This document shows positions 41,395-50,284 of a stretch of DNA of 64,000 nt, piece after piece. Numbering within the stretch: the stretch's first letter is position 1; each line of letters opens with the position of its first letter. The position numbers and the translations under genes were made by a program. The notes under the pieces were generated by a model. The model made no database searches and was not told the origin of the DNA. It saw only the letters and a list, made by a program, of their open reading frames with translations. Source of the DNA: Gammaproteobacteria bacterium (lineage in GTDB: Bacteria > Pseudomonadota > Gammaproteobacteria > SZUA-152); the NCBI GenBank assembly GCA_050116575.1, contig JASFOJ010000005.1, positions 506 through 64,505 of the forward strand, given 5' to 3'.

Positions 41395-41832
41395 TTGGTT
41401 GTGCCTCAGGAATTTCCACATTGGCATTTTATATTATGGGTTGCCGCGGGCGTTTTGCTGGCAGCCGCGCTGGTGTTTTATATCCGGCATTATGGCGATC
41501 GCAAAAAAATGCATGTTGCAGCTTTAGCGCTGTTGGTGGCAGCGTCTATTTATGTTCTGTTTGCGCTGGTTGCATTCCAGCCGTTGTGGGTAATCGTTGA
41601 AGCAACCGGCTTGTTGCTGTTCCTGCTGTTTATCTGGATGGCTTACCAGTATTCGTTTTGGTTTTTATGTCTGGGCTGGTTGTTGCACGTGGTGTGGGAC
41701 GCGGGGGTTCATCCAGTGCAGGTAGCGCCCTATGTACCGGCCTGGTATGCGTGGCTATGCATGGGCTTCGATGTTGTTATCGCGCTGTATGTTGCGATTG
41801 TGTTGGTGCGTTCGTCGACGATAAATGCCTAG
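41395..41832 (+). CDS. Integral membrane protein (DUF6010-like)
   Basis: Multiple TM helices; GW.LH..WD..H and P.WY...C.GFD motifs. Confidence 0.65.
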   Translation: MVVPQEFPHWHFILWVAAGVLLAAALVFYIRHYGDRKKMHVAALALLVAASIYVLFALVAFQPLWVIVEATGLLLFLLFIWMAYQYSFWFLCLGWLLHVVWDAGVHPVQVAPYVPAWYAWLCMGFDVVIALYVAIVLVRSSTINA

Positions 41833-41864
41833 CTTGATTTTACAGGCCGATTACTAACTGCAAG

Positions 41865-41895
41865 CACCACGGGGCACTCAATGTGCCCCGTGGTG
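41865..41895. terminator. Stem-loop between convergent genes (likely ibpA terminator)
   Basis: CACCACGGGGCAC-TCAAT-GTGCCCCGTGGTG perfect 13-bp stem. Confidence 0.7.
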
Positions 41896-41907
41896 AGGTT
41901 GTTGCGT

Positions 41908-42366
41908 TTACGCGGTTTCGCCCTCCAGAACACTGGCACGATCCGTTTCAATTGCAATGGTTCGTGGTTTCTGGGCTTCGGGGATTTCGCGCACCAGGTC
42001 GATATGCAGCAGTCCATTTTCCAGTCGGGCGTTGGTCACCTTGACATGATCGGCCAGTTGGAAGCGCCGTTCGAAGTTGCGTTCGGCGATACCCTGGTAC
42101 AAATAATTTTTGGCGTCCTCTTTTTCTTTAATACCACTAACGGTGAGCATGTTCTCTTTGCTTTCAATGTTTAACTCTGCCTGGTAAAAGCCTGCTACCG
42201 CCATGGAAATCCGGTAGGCGTCGTCACCGGTTCGTTCAATATTGTACGGGGGGTAGCCGTTGCCGCCCTGGTCGATGCGGCGGGCGGAATCCAGTAATGA
42301 TGCCAGATGATCGAATCCGACGGACGAACGGTACAACGGTGAGAAATCAAAACTTACCATGATCAT
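41908..42366 (-). CDS. ibpA: Small heat-shock protein (Hsp20)
   Basis: DFSPLYRS.VGFD, YPPYNIE, AVAGF, YLYQGIA.R.F.R.F.LAD, NGLL.IDL.R.IPE..KPR.I.I. Confidence 0.93.
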   Translation of the reverse strand: MIMVSFDFSPLYRSSVGFDHLASLLDSARRIDQGGNGYPPYNIERTGDDAYRISMAVAGFYQAELNIESKENMLTVSGIKEKEDAKNYLYQGIAERNFERRFQLADHVKVTNARLENGLLHIDLVREIPEAQKPRTIAIETDRASVLEGETA

Positions 42367-42387
42367 ATTCTCCTGTTAAGCAATATG
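42364..42387 (-). promoter_or_regulatory. ROSE-type RNA thermometer hairpin
   Basis: mRNA CAUAUUGCU-UAAC-AGGAGAAUAUG: the UUGCU motif lies opposite the SD AGGA with a bulged G; CAUAUU can also pair with AAUAUG, covering the start codon. Confidence 0.75.
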
Positions 42388-42488
42388 AGTAAATGCGGCA
42401 CATCCGAAGATCGAGCCTTGTTACTTTCTAAGGGTCTATTTACTAAGAGTCTCTGCAATCCTCAGCGTCGAGCGATTGCTGTTACAAT

Positions 42489-42516
42489 AAATAAGGTCGG
42501 CACGGCTTTTTTCAAG
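42489..42516 (-). promoter_or_regulatory. Putative sigma32 (RpoH) promoter of ibpA
   Basis: CTTGAAA-N13-CCTTATTT versus consensus CTTGAAA-N13/14-CCCCATNT. Confidence 0.65.
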
Positions 42517-42551
42517 TCATCCGTTGCTCTGCTCGGAGCGCTTATTTATCA

Positions 42552-42977
42552 ATGACTAACAAAACAACACGGCATATGCAGAGATTGTTTGTTTACGGCA
42601 CGCTGGAATTTCCCGAGGTGGTGCACAAGGTGCTGGGCACCACGCTGGAGGGCGAAAACGCGTGGTTGCGCGGATTTGCCCGTTATTTATTGATTAACCG
42701 CGAATATCCGGGAATTATCAGGGATGCAGGGTCCGTGACCGAGGGTGTTTTGTATCATGGTATTACGCCTAAACATCTGCGGGCGCTGGACCGATACGAA
42801 GATAATATATATCAACGGCAACGGGTGCAGGTCGTCGATCTCCGCGGCGATACTGTAGAGGCATGGGCTTATGTCATACCACCCAGGCACCGCCGCCTGT
42901 TGTCCCGTAAACCATGGCAAAGAAATGCTTTTAGGAACAAACATCTGAGGCGATTTGTTAATGTTCGCTGTCGTTAA
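42552..42977 (+). CDS. Gamma-glutamylcyclotransferase (AIG2-like)
   Basis: LFVYGTL, YPG, GVL......L..LD.YE...Y.R, AWAY. Confidence 0.85.
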   Translation: MTNKTTRHMQRLFVYGTLEFPEVVHKVLGTTLEGENAWLRGFARYLLINREYPGIIRDAGSVTEGVLYHGITPKHLRALDRYEDNIYQRQRVQVVDLRGDTVEAWAYVIPPRHRRLLSRKPWQRNAFRNKHLRRFVNVRCR

Positions 42978-43755
42978 AGGAAAATGGTTGCCTGCAATGG
43001 TGCTGGGTGCCAGCTATCTAATGTTATCCGCTTGTGCGCCGTTGTCGTTTCAGCCGCCAGCGTCCACCGCTGCCGCCAGCGAGCCGGTGGCGGCAACCGA
43101 TGCGTCACCGGACAACGATGATGAACGGGGCTGGTGGCGAGTGGGCTTACACCGCAGTTATCATGAGGGTGATGAGGTTCTATGGCATCTTGATGCTTTG
43201 ATTGCCGATGAAGTATTCAAGCCGCTCGTTGCACAATACCGGGAACAATTGTCGTTGTGGCGGTTTCACCGCCGCGCCGGTGAGGATGCGGCGGGTCATA
43301 AGTTTAGTTTTATTTTTTACAGCACCAGGCACACCGCCGCGGCCATTTATCAGGCCGTCAAAAACAACCGTACGGTGAAAGACCTGTTGGCTAGCGACTG
43401 GATTGAGCGATTATCGTTCACGGATATCGAGGCCGCGCCAAAAACCGCCATTGAAGCCACCAGTGATAAAGCCTGGCCACTTGAACTGCAAAAGTCCTGG
43501 CCATATTTTATTATGGGTGTCAGCCGGGCCTGGTTGGATCTTGTCAGCCAGTTTGCCCATCAGGAGCGGGCAAAGCGCCCCCAAAATGGGGCGTCTCCGG
43601 ATGTTGATGATCTAGTTGCCTTGTACGCAAAAGTCCATGATCAGGTTAATGATATCTGGCAACAGCAGGGCGGGCACGCGTTTTTGCATCATCTTAACGC
43701 ACTTTTCGGATATCAGGAACTCTATATCATAGAGCGCCGGAAAACCCGTTTTTAA
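42955..43755 (+). CDS. Hypothetical lipoprotein (start uncertain)
   Basis: Lipobox LSAC, Ala/Pro linker, globular domain with WRFHRRA...GH and HAFLHHLNALFGY. Confidence 0.7.
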   Translation: MLMFAVVKGKWLPAMVLGASYLMLSACAPLSFQPPASTAAASEPVAATDASPDNDDERGWWRVGLHRSYHEGDEVLWHLDALIADEVFKPLVAQYREQLSLWRFHRRAGEDAAGHKFSFIFYSTRHTAAAIYQAVKNNRTVKDLLASDWIERLSFTDIEAAPKTAIEATSDKAWPLELQKSWPYFIMGVSRAWLDLVSQFAHQERAKRPQNGASPDVDDLVALYAKVHDQVNDIWQQQGGHAFLHHLNALFGYQELYIIERRKTRF

Positions 43756-43792
43756 ATGACGAAGCATCGAATTAAATTATATACTGTTAATT

Positions 43793-44359
43793 ATGGCCGT
43801 TGATCCTCATACCGCAGATCATAACCAGACCAAACGTTTTGGCGTGTGGATGGTAATCGGTATGTGGATTATTGTGTTGTGGCTGTTGACCGGTTTCTTT
43901 TCCAAGCTGTATGAGCACGAACACAATCCCAACCGCAATATAGCCACGATGGTGACCGACGGCGGCGTACGTGAGGTGGTTTTACAACGTAACCGTAAAG
44001 GGCACTATGTGTCGTCGGGTGATATTAACGGTCAGCCGGTGACATTCATGCTGGACACGGGAGCCAGTGACATCTCTATCCCGGCGCGTGTGGCCAGCCG
44101 TCTTGGCTTAAAAAAAGGTGCGCCGCTTTATTTTAATACCGCCAATGGCACGGTCATCGGTTACAGTACGGTGCTCAACAGCGTTTCCATCGGCGATATC
44201 GCCCTGAACAACGTGCGTGCTTCCATTAACCCCAATGTCAGCGACATGGATATTTTGCTGGGGATGTCTTTTCTGAAGCACCTGGAATTTACCCAGCGTG
44301 GTGATACATTGACGCTGCGTCAGTATCCGCCATCGGCGGCCGGTGATTCGCCTTCTTAA
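43793..44359 (+). CDS. Membrane-anchored clan AA (retropepsin-like) aspartic protease, TIGR02281 type
   Basis: TM helix, GHY, FMLDTGAS, TANG, LLGMSFL. Confidence 0.9.
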   Translation: MAVDPHTADHNQTKRFGVWMVIGMWIIVLWLLTGFFSKLYEHEHNPNRNIATMVTDGGVREVVLQRNRKGHYVSSGDINGQPVTFMLDTGASDISIPARVASRLGLKKGAPLYFNTANGTVIGYSTVLNSVSIGDIALNNVRASINPNVSDMDILLGMSFLKHLEFTQRGDTLTLRQYPPSAAGDSPS

Positions 44360-44465
44360 TGGCCGCCTGCCGCCGGCGTTATCCGCAACTTGAAAATGTC
44401 CGATTACCGTATAGGATTTATATAAATCCGGGCTACAGCCCGGGCCACCATGAAGGGGATATACT

Positions 44466-45278
44466 ATGGCTACAACGCTTTACGTCAATACCCCAGAGCT
44501 GGATGCAATTTCTGCGGTCATTCAGGAGGCGGTTGCTGAAGTTGCCCATGCTTTTGATCGCGCCGGCACCGGTAACCAAATGCCATTATCGGATACGGCC
44601 GTGTCCCCCGCCGTGTTGGACCAGGCGCTGAGCCGGTTTTTGGATGTTCTCCAACGCGTCGATAATGATCGGGGTGACAGTCCTTCCCGCGTCCTTCCCG
44701 TTAAGCCCACCTGTGACAGCATCAATAAGCCGGTATTGAACCGCGCCAAATTGTCAGCCGCGGCCAATCAGGGACTGCAGTTGCTGGAAACCCTGAGCGA
44801 ATGGGCCAGTTCCCTTGGATTGCCGCGCCAGGAAAACCAGATTAAAACGGTAATGGTGATGACCGCCCTGTGGGTGGCTCGGCACGGTGGTGAACTGGAA
44901 ACTATTGAAAGCGTCGTTAATACTCTGGCCGAAATCGCCAATGCCACGACCGAGCAGCAGGAGCTGGCGGAGCTCAGCTACATGATGGGCGAGCTGGCGT
45001 ATGCGATCTCCGGGCAAACGAAATTTGATTTTGAAAACGCGGAGCGTCACCGGCCCTGGCGGGTGTTAAACCTCAATCGCGGTATTACTGCAACCCGCTC
45101 CCACGATACCCGGATCATGGAAAACGCCTTTGATGACCTGATTCGCAATATTCCGGAAGATGCGGAAAGCTTTTTTCGGCAGGGGGTACAGCAGACCGAA
45201 CAGCTGGATTACCCGGACCACGTGCGTAATGTGGTATTCCGTTATTACCGGGAGTCAAAAAGCCGAGCCGTGCATTAA
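44466..45278 (+). CDS. Conserved hypothetical alpha-helical protein
   Basis: 270-aa ORF with an SD (GAAGGGG); C-terminal RPWR.L.LNR.I.ATRSH....ME.AFD.L....PEDA..FF..G motif. Confidence 0.7.
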   Translation: MATTLYVNTPELDAISAVIQEAVAEVAHAFDRAGTGNQMPLSDTAVSPAVLDQALSRFLDVLQRVDNDRGDSPSRVLPVKPTCDSINKPVLNRAKLSAAANQGLQLLETLSEWASSLGLPRQENQIKTVMVMTALWVARHGGELETIESVVNTLAEIANATTEQQELAELSYMMGELAYAISGQTKFDFENAERHRPWRVLNLNRGITATRSHDTRIMENAFDDLIRNIPEDAESFFRQGVQQTEQLDYPDHVRNVVFRYYRESKSRAVH

Positions 45279-45321
45279 ATTATTTCATCCGAGTCGTCTG
45301 GTAGAAAAATCAAGATCGGTA

Positions 45322-45547
45322 TTTAACGCAAAGACGCCAAGACGCAAAGAAAAAACCAAAATCAATTAAGTGTCGCGACAAGGGCCGTAAAATCGCCTTT
45401 TATTAGATTGCCATTCTCGGGGATACTTAAGCGACCATTAAAGTTTTGGCTGTCAGCGAACATCTGTATCTATTTACCGGCAATGCCGGACTGAAGATTA
45501 ATAGTTATTTTCGTCTTTTCTTTGCGCCTTCGCGTCTTTGCGTTGAA
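45322..45547. repeat. Inverted-repeat element (REP/MITE-like), 32-bp arms
   Basis: Left arm TTTAACGCAAAGACGCCAAGACGCAAAGAAAA (45322-45353); the reverse complement of the right arm (45516-45547) matches 29/32. Confidence 0.85.
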
Positions 45548-45562
45548 AATCTTTTTTACCTG

Positions 45563-46486
45563 CTAGCCCAACGATTCGATGTAGGCATTAACCAACCCCG
45601 GTGAAAACTGGATCGTAATGTAGTTATCATCCAGCTCGTACGGCTTGTCGATGGTCGCGGAAGGGGAATAAGCCATAGCGGTTTTGATATAGACGGTTGT
45701 ACCATTTATGTTGACTGGATAGCGTTGCCCCCATTCTTCCGTTCCCCGCAGAAAACTGAACGCCCGGCGCGCGGACCATTGGGTTGAAATTTCAAAGTCC
45801 TGTTGGGTGGGAGACGGCATGTAAGTCGCCTCAATCCAGCTTTGCGGTTCAGCGTTGATGTTGTTCAGCTGATAAAGGCGTATTGCCTCCAGGAACAGCC
45901 GGCCACCGAATTCGCCCAGTTTGGCATCGATGGCCCGTCCCCGCATGCCGGCCCGTAATGGAACTTGCGTTTGAATCACGATATCACCGGCGTCGAATTC
46001 CTCGTTGATCAAATGCAATGTGACCCCGGTTCGCGTTTCACCATTTTTCAACTGCCAGAACACCGGCTGCGGGCCTCGGTAAGCCGGCAGCAACGAAGGA
46101 TGAATATTGAGGCTGGCGATGCGGGAAGTTCGCCAGATGTCCGGCGGGATTTTAAAGGGAAAGCAGGCCACCAGGATGTAGTCGGGCTTGAGGTTCTCAA
46201 TCTCCTGGCGGAACTGGTGCGAAGATATGTTCTGTACGTAATGGACGGGAATATGAAATTCCAGGGCCAAATTTTCCACGGTAGGGTGATTGGTATTTTG
46301 GACAATGGGAATGCCACCGATACTGGCCACCTCGTTATTGGGACCTTTGCCGGGGATAACAATACCCGTGATATTGACCTTGCGCCTGATCAGCAGTTCC
46401 AGAACGGCATGGGACATTGTGCCCAGGCTGCCAAAAAACAGAACCCGGTGTTGTGGTGGTTTGGGGGCATTGGTGTTTTTTGTCAT
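45563..46486 (-). CDS. Formyltransferase family protein (Fmt paralogue)
   Basis: LNIHPSLLPAYRGPQP, TGVTLH, FDAGDI; lacks the canonical Fmt GTPEF and TQPD motifs. Confidence 0.8.
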   Translation of the reverse strand: MTKNTNAPKPPQHRVLFFGSLGTMSHAVLELLIRRKVNITGIVIPGKGPNNEVASIGGIPIVQNTNHPTVENLALEFHIPVHYVQNISSHQFRQEIENLKPDYILVACFPFKIPPDIWRTSRIASLNIHPSLLPAYRGPQPVFWQLKNGETRTGVTLHLINEEFDAGDIVIQTQVPLRAGMRGRAIDAKLGEFGGRLFLEAIRLYQLNNINAEPQSWIEATYMPSPTQQDFEISTQWSARRAFSFLRGTEEWGQRYPVNINGTTVYIKTAMAYSPSATIDKPYELDDNYITIQFSPGLVNAYIESLG

Positions 46487-46567
46487 TGGAACCTACAAGT
46501 CGATTTTATTGCGCAAACAGGACTGGTGTTGCCGGTGGCTAATTCAGGGGCAACACGTCGAGCCTGG

Positions 46568-47062
46568 CTAACGTCGGTTGCCTTGCAGGTGCCGCCCGGC
46601 ATCGGCCGCTTGAGTAATCTGTTCACACTGATCAATAAATTGTTGGGGCGAAAGATTATGCGGCGTCCGAATGCGTTTTACGGTTTTCGGATTGCCTGTG
46701 ACCATAAAAAACGTTGGGTAGCCCCGTACCCCATAACTATCGGCAATTTGTCGTTCTTTTAAACCGATTTCAGGATTTATCTTAACGGGGATGGCGTTGT
46801 GGAAATACTGCGCAACTTTCGGTGAGGCAAGCACCTTTTCTCTCAGTCGCTTACAATTCTCGCACCAATCCGTATGAAAATACAATGCGACAGGTTTGTG
46901 GGTGGTCTTTTGCAATTGTAGAGCCGCCTGGTAACCCTTGGCACCGCTGTACCAGTGCCGCAGTGTGGTGTCCACGGCAAATTGCGATAGTGCGACGCCG
47001 ATCAGGGTAAGGGCGCCAACGACCACAGCTGCGGTGAACAGGAGACGGCGATGGTGTTTCAT
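46568..47062 (-). CDS. Exported thioredoxin-family protein
   Basis: Signal/TM segment, FHTDWCENC (CxxC), GVRGYPTF cis-Pro loop. Confidence 0.8.
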   Translation of the reverse strand: MKHHRRLLFTAAVVVGALTLIGVALSQFAVDTTLRHWYSGAKGYQAALQLQKTTHKPVALYFHTDWCENCKRLREKVLASPKVAQYFHNAIPVKINPEIGLKERQIADSYGVRGYPTFFMVTGNPKTVKRIRTPHNLSPQQFIDQCEQITQAADAGRHLQGNRR

Positions 47063-47316
47063 GACAATAACAAGATCGTGAACTTTGCAATTGACCGGTT
47101 AAGATCCGGAGGATTTACCCTGTCCATGGTAGTGGATACCTGTGCTAATGTGAACCTAACATTGCAACCCGGATGCGTCTGAGAATGGTTTCCCAGCTAT
47201 GAAATGGCCGCTTTTCTTCGATATATCAAAAGCTTAATAGTAATTGATCGGCGCTCAAGCTATGGGGGCAGCAGACGATACAGGTAAATAGATTGCTTTC
47301 GTGATTAAAAAGTTAG

Positions 47317-47411
47317 GAGTTCTGTCAAAAGGCAAGCTTACCGAAAGGTAAGACACGCAAAGTCACCGGTCTAAAGAGTACGACTCTATGACAGCGGGAC
47401 CACCGGAACTC
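47317..47411 (+). ncRNA. Cyclic di-GMP-I (GEMM) riboswitch
   Basis: P1 GAGTTCTG/CGGAACTC; GGCAA-G-CTTACC-GAAA-GGTAAG...ACGCAAAG; P3 with a CTAA/ATG tetraloop receptor and AGCGGG; G at the position equivalent to Vc2 G20 and C at C92. Confidence 0.9.
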
Positions 47412-47546
47412 AAGCAGGCAAGAAATGCAGTATGGATCTTGCTTTGTGACACCTCCCCTTGTTTCCATGATCAGTGTGGGGTTACGCTCCTGGCTTGTTA
47501 AAACGGCGGTATTGTTTTGACGGGTATTAAATAGTTGTAACTGGCC

Positions 47547-47843
47547 ATGTCATCAGATTCCTTCAGGTTGTTCAAAGCCAAGCGGCGCAGGCCGTTGTGT
47601 GGTATTGACTGTTTAATTGGCATTGCGTTTTTTATTACGCTGGCCATCGCTTCGGGTCTGTTGTTCGAAGTATCCACCGCGGCTGGCCGCAAAATTGGCA
47701 ATAGCGGTGCTTCGACTGAAACCAGCCAAAATCCGGCATTGGGTAGCATTAATGCTGAATCGTCGCCGTCGACCCAATCCGCGCGGTACTATTCCGGGTA
47801 TTCGCTCTCACCCATGGCCGTCGATGATTCCTGTGAATTGTAA
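47547..47843 (+). CDS. Putative small membrane protein downstream of the c-di-GMP riboswitch
   Basis: Basic N-terminus, one hydrophobic helix, Ser-rich tail; no clear SD; no recognised family. Confidence 0.35.
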   Translation: MSSDSFRLFKAKRRRPLCGIDCLIGIAFFITLAIASGLLFEVSTAAGRKIGNSGASTETSQNPALGSINAESSPSTQSARYYSGYSLSPMAVDDSCEL

Positions 47844-48144
47844 CCGTGTGTGATTCGTCGTGGTGATTGCCGGTGCTGTGAACTGGCTAACAGTGGCCAC
47901 TTAGTATATCGACTAATATTTACACCCAACAGGAGGTGATATCGAGAAGACGTAAATGCGATAAAATACAGCTATGCATCAGGTTATAGAAAGCGACTTT
48001 TGTTGCTTTGAATGAATTTAATTACAATCCGAAACAAACGTAAGAAGCCATTGTTAAGCCTATAAAAGCTTAAACTACAATTTGTTGTTTTGTTAAATTT
48101 TTTATATCAATATTAAGTTGATATTATATAGTCACTCACACGTT

Positions 48145-48182
48145 CGCCCGTCCGGTGATTGCCGGACGGGCGTTACATTTTT
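48145..48182 (+). terminator. Stem-loop / possible terminator
   Basis: CGCCCGTCCGG...CCGGACGGGCG 11-bp stem followed by TTACATTTTT. Confidence 0.55.
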
Positions 48183-48266
48183 GAGCTTTGCAATATTTCG
48201 GACAGGGTCAGTTGTCTGCTACGCCATGTTGTTGCCGTGCCAGGCTGCCGGGGATGAGCCGGGTTG

Positions 48267-48707
48267 TTATTGGAATAACTTTTCGATTTGCTGCATTGCC
48301 CGCCATTCATCTTCACTGTAGATTTCTTTTGCTTCCTCGGGCTTGATGCCGTAGCGGGGAAGAAAAAGCAGTTGCTTCAGGTCACGATGGTGCGTGGAAA
48401 TGCTCTCTTGCGGTGCGCCAGCCAGGGCCAGCAGAGTTCGCGAGTAGTCATAGCCGGCGTTGGTAAATACCCGTTCCACAAATTCACGGCGCGATTCAGG
48501 TGGCATTTTGACAGGATTCATTGGGATAGTCTTTGAGGCGTTTTTGTAAGCATTGGCCAACGCCTCCAGCGCAGCCCTGTCACCAAGCGGTGCGGGCGGC
48601 AACCGGTCACCGGGTCCGCAACCGGACAATGCAACCAGGCTTATTGCTATTACCCACAGTGCAAATCTCCCGTTTCTCTTGTTGCTCTCGTTGCCCGCCG
48701 GGCGCAT
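48267..48707 (-). CDS. Hypothetical lipoprotein
   Basis: From ATG 48707: basic N-region, hydrophobic core, lipobox LSGC; helical body. Confidence 0.65.
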   Translation of the reverse strand: MRPAGNESNKRNGRFALWVIAISLVALSGCGPGDRLPPAPLGDRAALEALANAYKNASKTIPMNPVKMPPESRREFVERVFTNAGYDYSRTLLALAGAPQESISTHHRDLKQLLFLPRYGIKPEEAKEIYSEDEWRAMQQIEKLFQ

Positions 48708-48831
48708 TGTTGGTTTAATGTCGGTGGCAACCTGGCTGGCCGCCGCGGTGCGGAGTATGCCATTAAAGACTCCAACCATTAATGTCGTTAGTGATACCAT
48801 AGAAACACGTCGTTTTGTCAATTGTATAATC

Positions 48832-49971
48832 ATGAGTTTTAAATCCGTTTACCAGCATGCCCTTAGCCGGAAAGGTTATCACACTGATACTGCACAGGCG
48901 ATGGTCGTGGAACAGCTGGATCAGCTTTTTAGCCGTTTACAGGAAAAACATAACCCCGCATCGGTTTATCAGGGTTTATGGCAAAAAATGATAGCCGGCC
49001 GGCAATATACCGGCGTTTTACAGGGCTGCTATATGTGGGGCGGAGTGGGCCGGGGTAAAACCTGGTTAATGGATCTGTTTTACCAGGCGGCACCCCAGGT
49101 GCAAAAACAGCGGTTTCATTTTCATGAATTCATGCAAGGCATCCACGACTTGCTGGACCAGTTCAAGGGCTGTAAAAACCCGCTGACACGGGTAGCCGAC
49201 CACATGGCACAGCAGGCACGACTGATTTGCCTGGACGAATTTCACGTATCTGACATCACCGACGCGATGTTGTTATACGGTTTGCTGGATAGTATGTACA
49301 AGCAGGATGTGGTGTTGGTGATGACATCCAACATACCACCGGATGATTTGTATAAAAACGGGTTGCAACGCAGCCGTTTCGTGCCGGCGATTGCGCTAAT
49401 CAAACAGCGTAATGCGGTAATTCATCTGGAAGGTGAGCGCGATTACCGGTTGCGCGGCGACGATGACCATACAAACTATTATTATCCATTGTCGGTGAAT
49501 ACCGATTCCCGCCTGGAATATCGCTTTCGGTCCCTGGCCCAGGGCGGCGTTGTCGCGAGCACGCCGGTGACAATCAATAAACGACCCGTGCCGAGCCGGA
49601 TGGCTGCCGATAATGTTGTCTGGTTTGACTTTGAGGCCATTTGCGGTGGTCCGCGGGCGGCAGCCGACTATATTGTTATCGCGCAGCAATTTGACCACGT
49701 CATTATCTCCAATATATTCCGTATGGATGATAATCATGATGATATGGTGAAACGCTTTATTAACCTGGTGGACGAATTCTATGACCGCAAGGTCCAGTTG
49801 ATTATCAGTGCTATGGGGTCGCCGGCGGAACTGTACCGCGGCCGCCGTTTTGGCGAGCAATTCAAACGTACCGTCAGCCGGTTGGAACATATGAAATCAA
49901 CAGCGGCGTATGGCGGCGCAATGGCTTATACCGGGACTGATCATGCGAACCACCACGGGTCTGGCGGGTAA
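48832..49971 (+). CDS. zapE: Cell division ATPase ZapE (AFG1 family)
   Basis: G.YMWGGVGRGKT.LMD.FY, HFH.FM, DEFHV.DI.DAM, TSN..P..LY..GLQR, RF..LVDEFYD; ATG at 48832. Confidence 0.92.
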   Translation: MSFKSVYQHALSRKGYHTDTAQAMVVEQLDQLFSRLQEKHNPASVYQGLWQKMIAGRQYTGVLQGCYMWGGVGRGKTWLMDLFYQAAPQVQKQRFHFHEFMQGIHDLLDQFKGCKNPLTRVADHMAQQARLICLDEFHVSDITDAMLLYGLLDSMYKQDVVLVMTSNIPPDDLYKNGLQRSRFVPAIALIKQRNAVIHLEGERDYRLRGDDDHTNYYYPLSVNTDSRLEYRFRSLAQGGVVASTPVTINKRPVPSRMAADNVVWFDFEAICGGPRAAADYIVIAQQFDHVIISNIFRMDDNHDDMVKRFINLVDEFYDRKVQLIISAMGSPAELYRGRRFGEQFKRTVSRLEHMKSTAAYGGAMAYTGTDHANHHGSGG

Positions 49972-50284
49972 ACGGATTTATAATAAGTAAATCTCGTTTT
50001 TAAAATAACGAATCAGCGTCACCTGGGTTTTCTCCAGTAACCGTCTGAATAGACAAGAAATTTGCTGGTTGCGCGAAGCGGCTGTGCCAAATTGAGTCCC
50101 GCTGTGACGGTAAGCAAATTTTGCCGAAGTGTAATAAAGCGAAAATTGAACTGTCCAAATTCCAAATGGTGCCGATAGGTTAGATAAACGAACCAAGGGA
50201 CCAGCTGCTTTATTTGGAAAGCAACAATTTCAATATGAGGGAGTGGAGTGAGCTGATCCCCCTAGTTAGTAAAGGAGGGATGCC

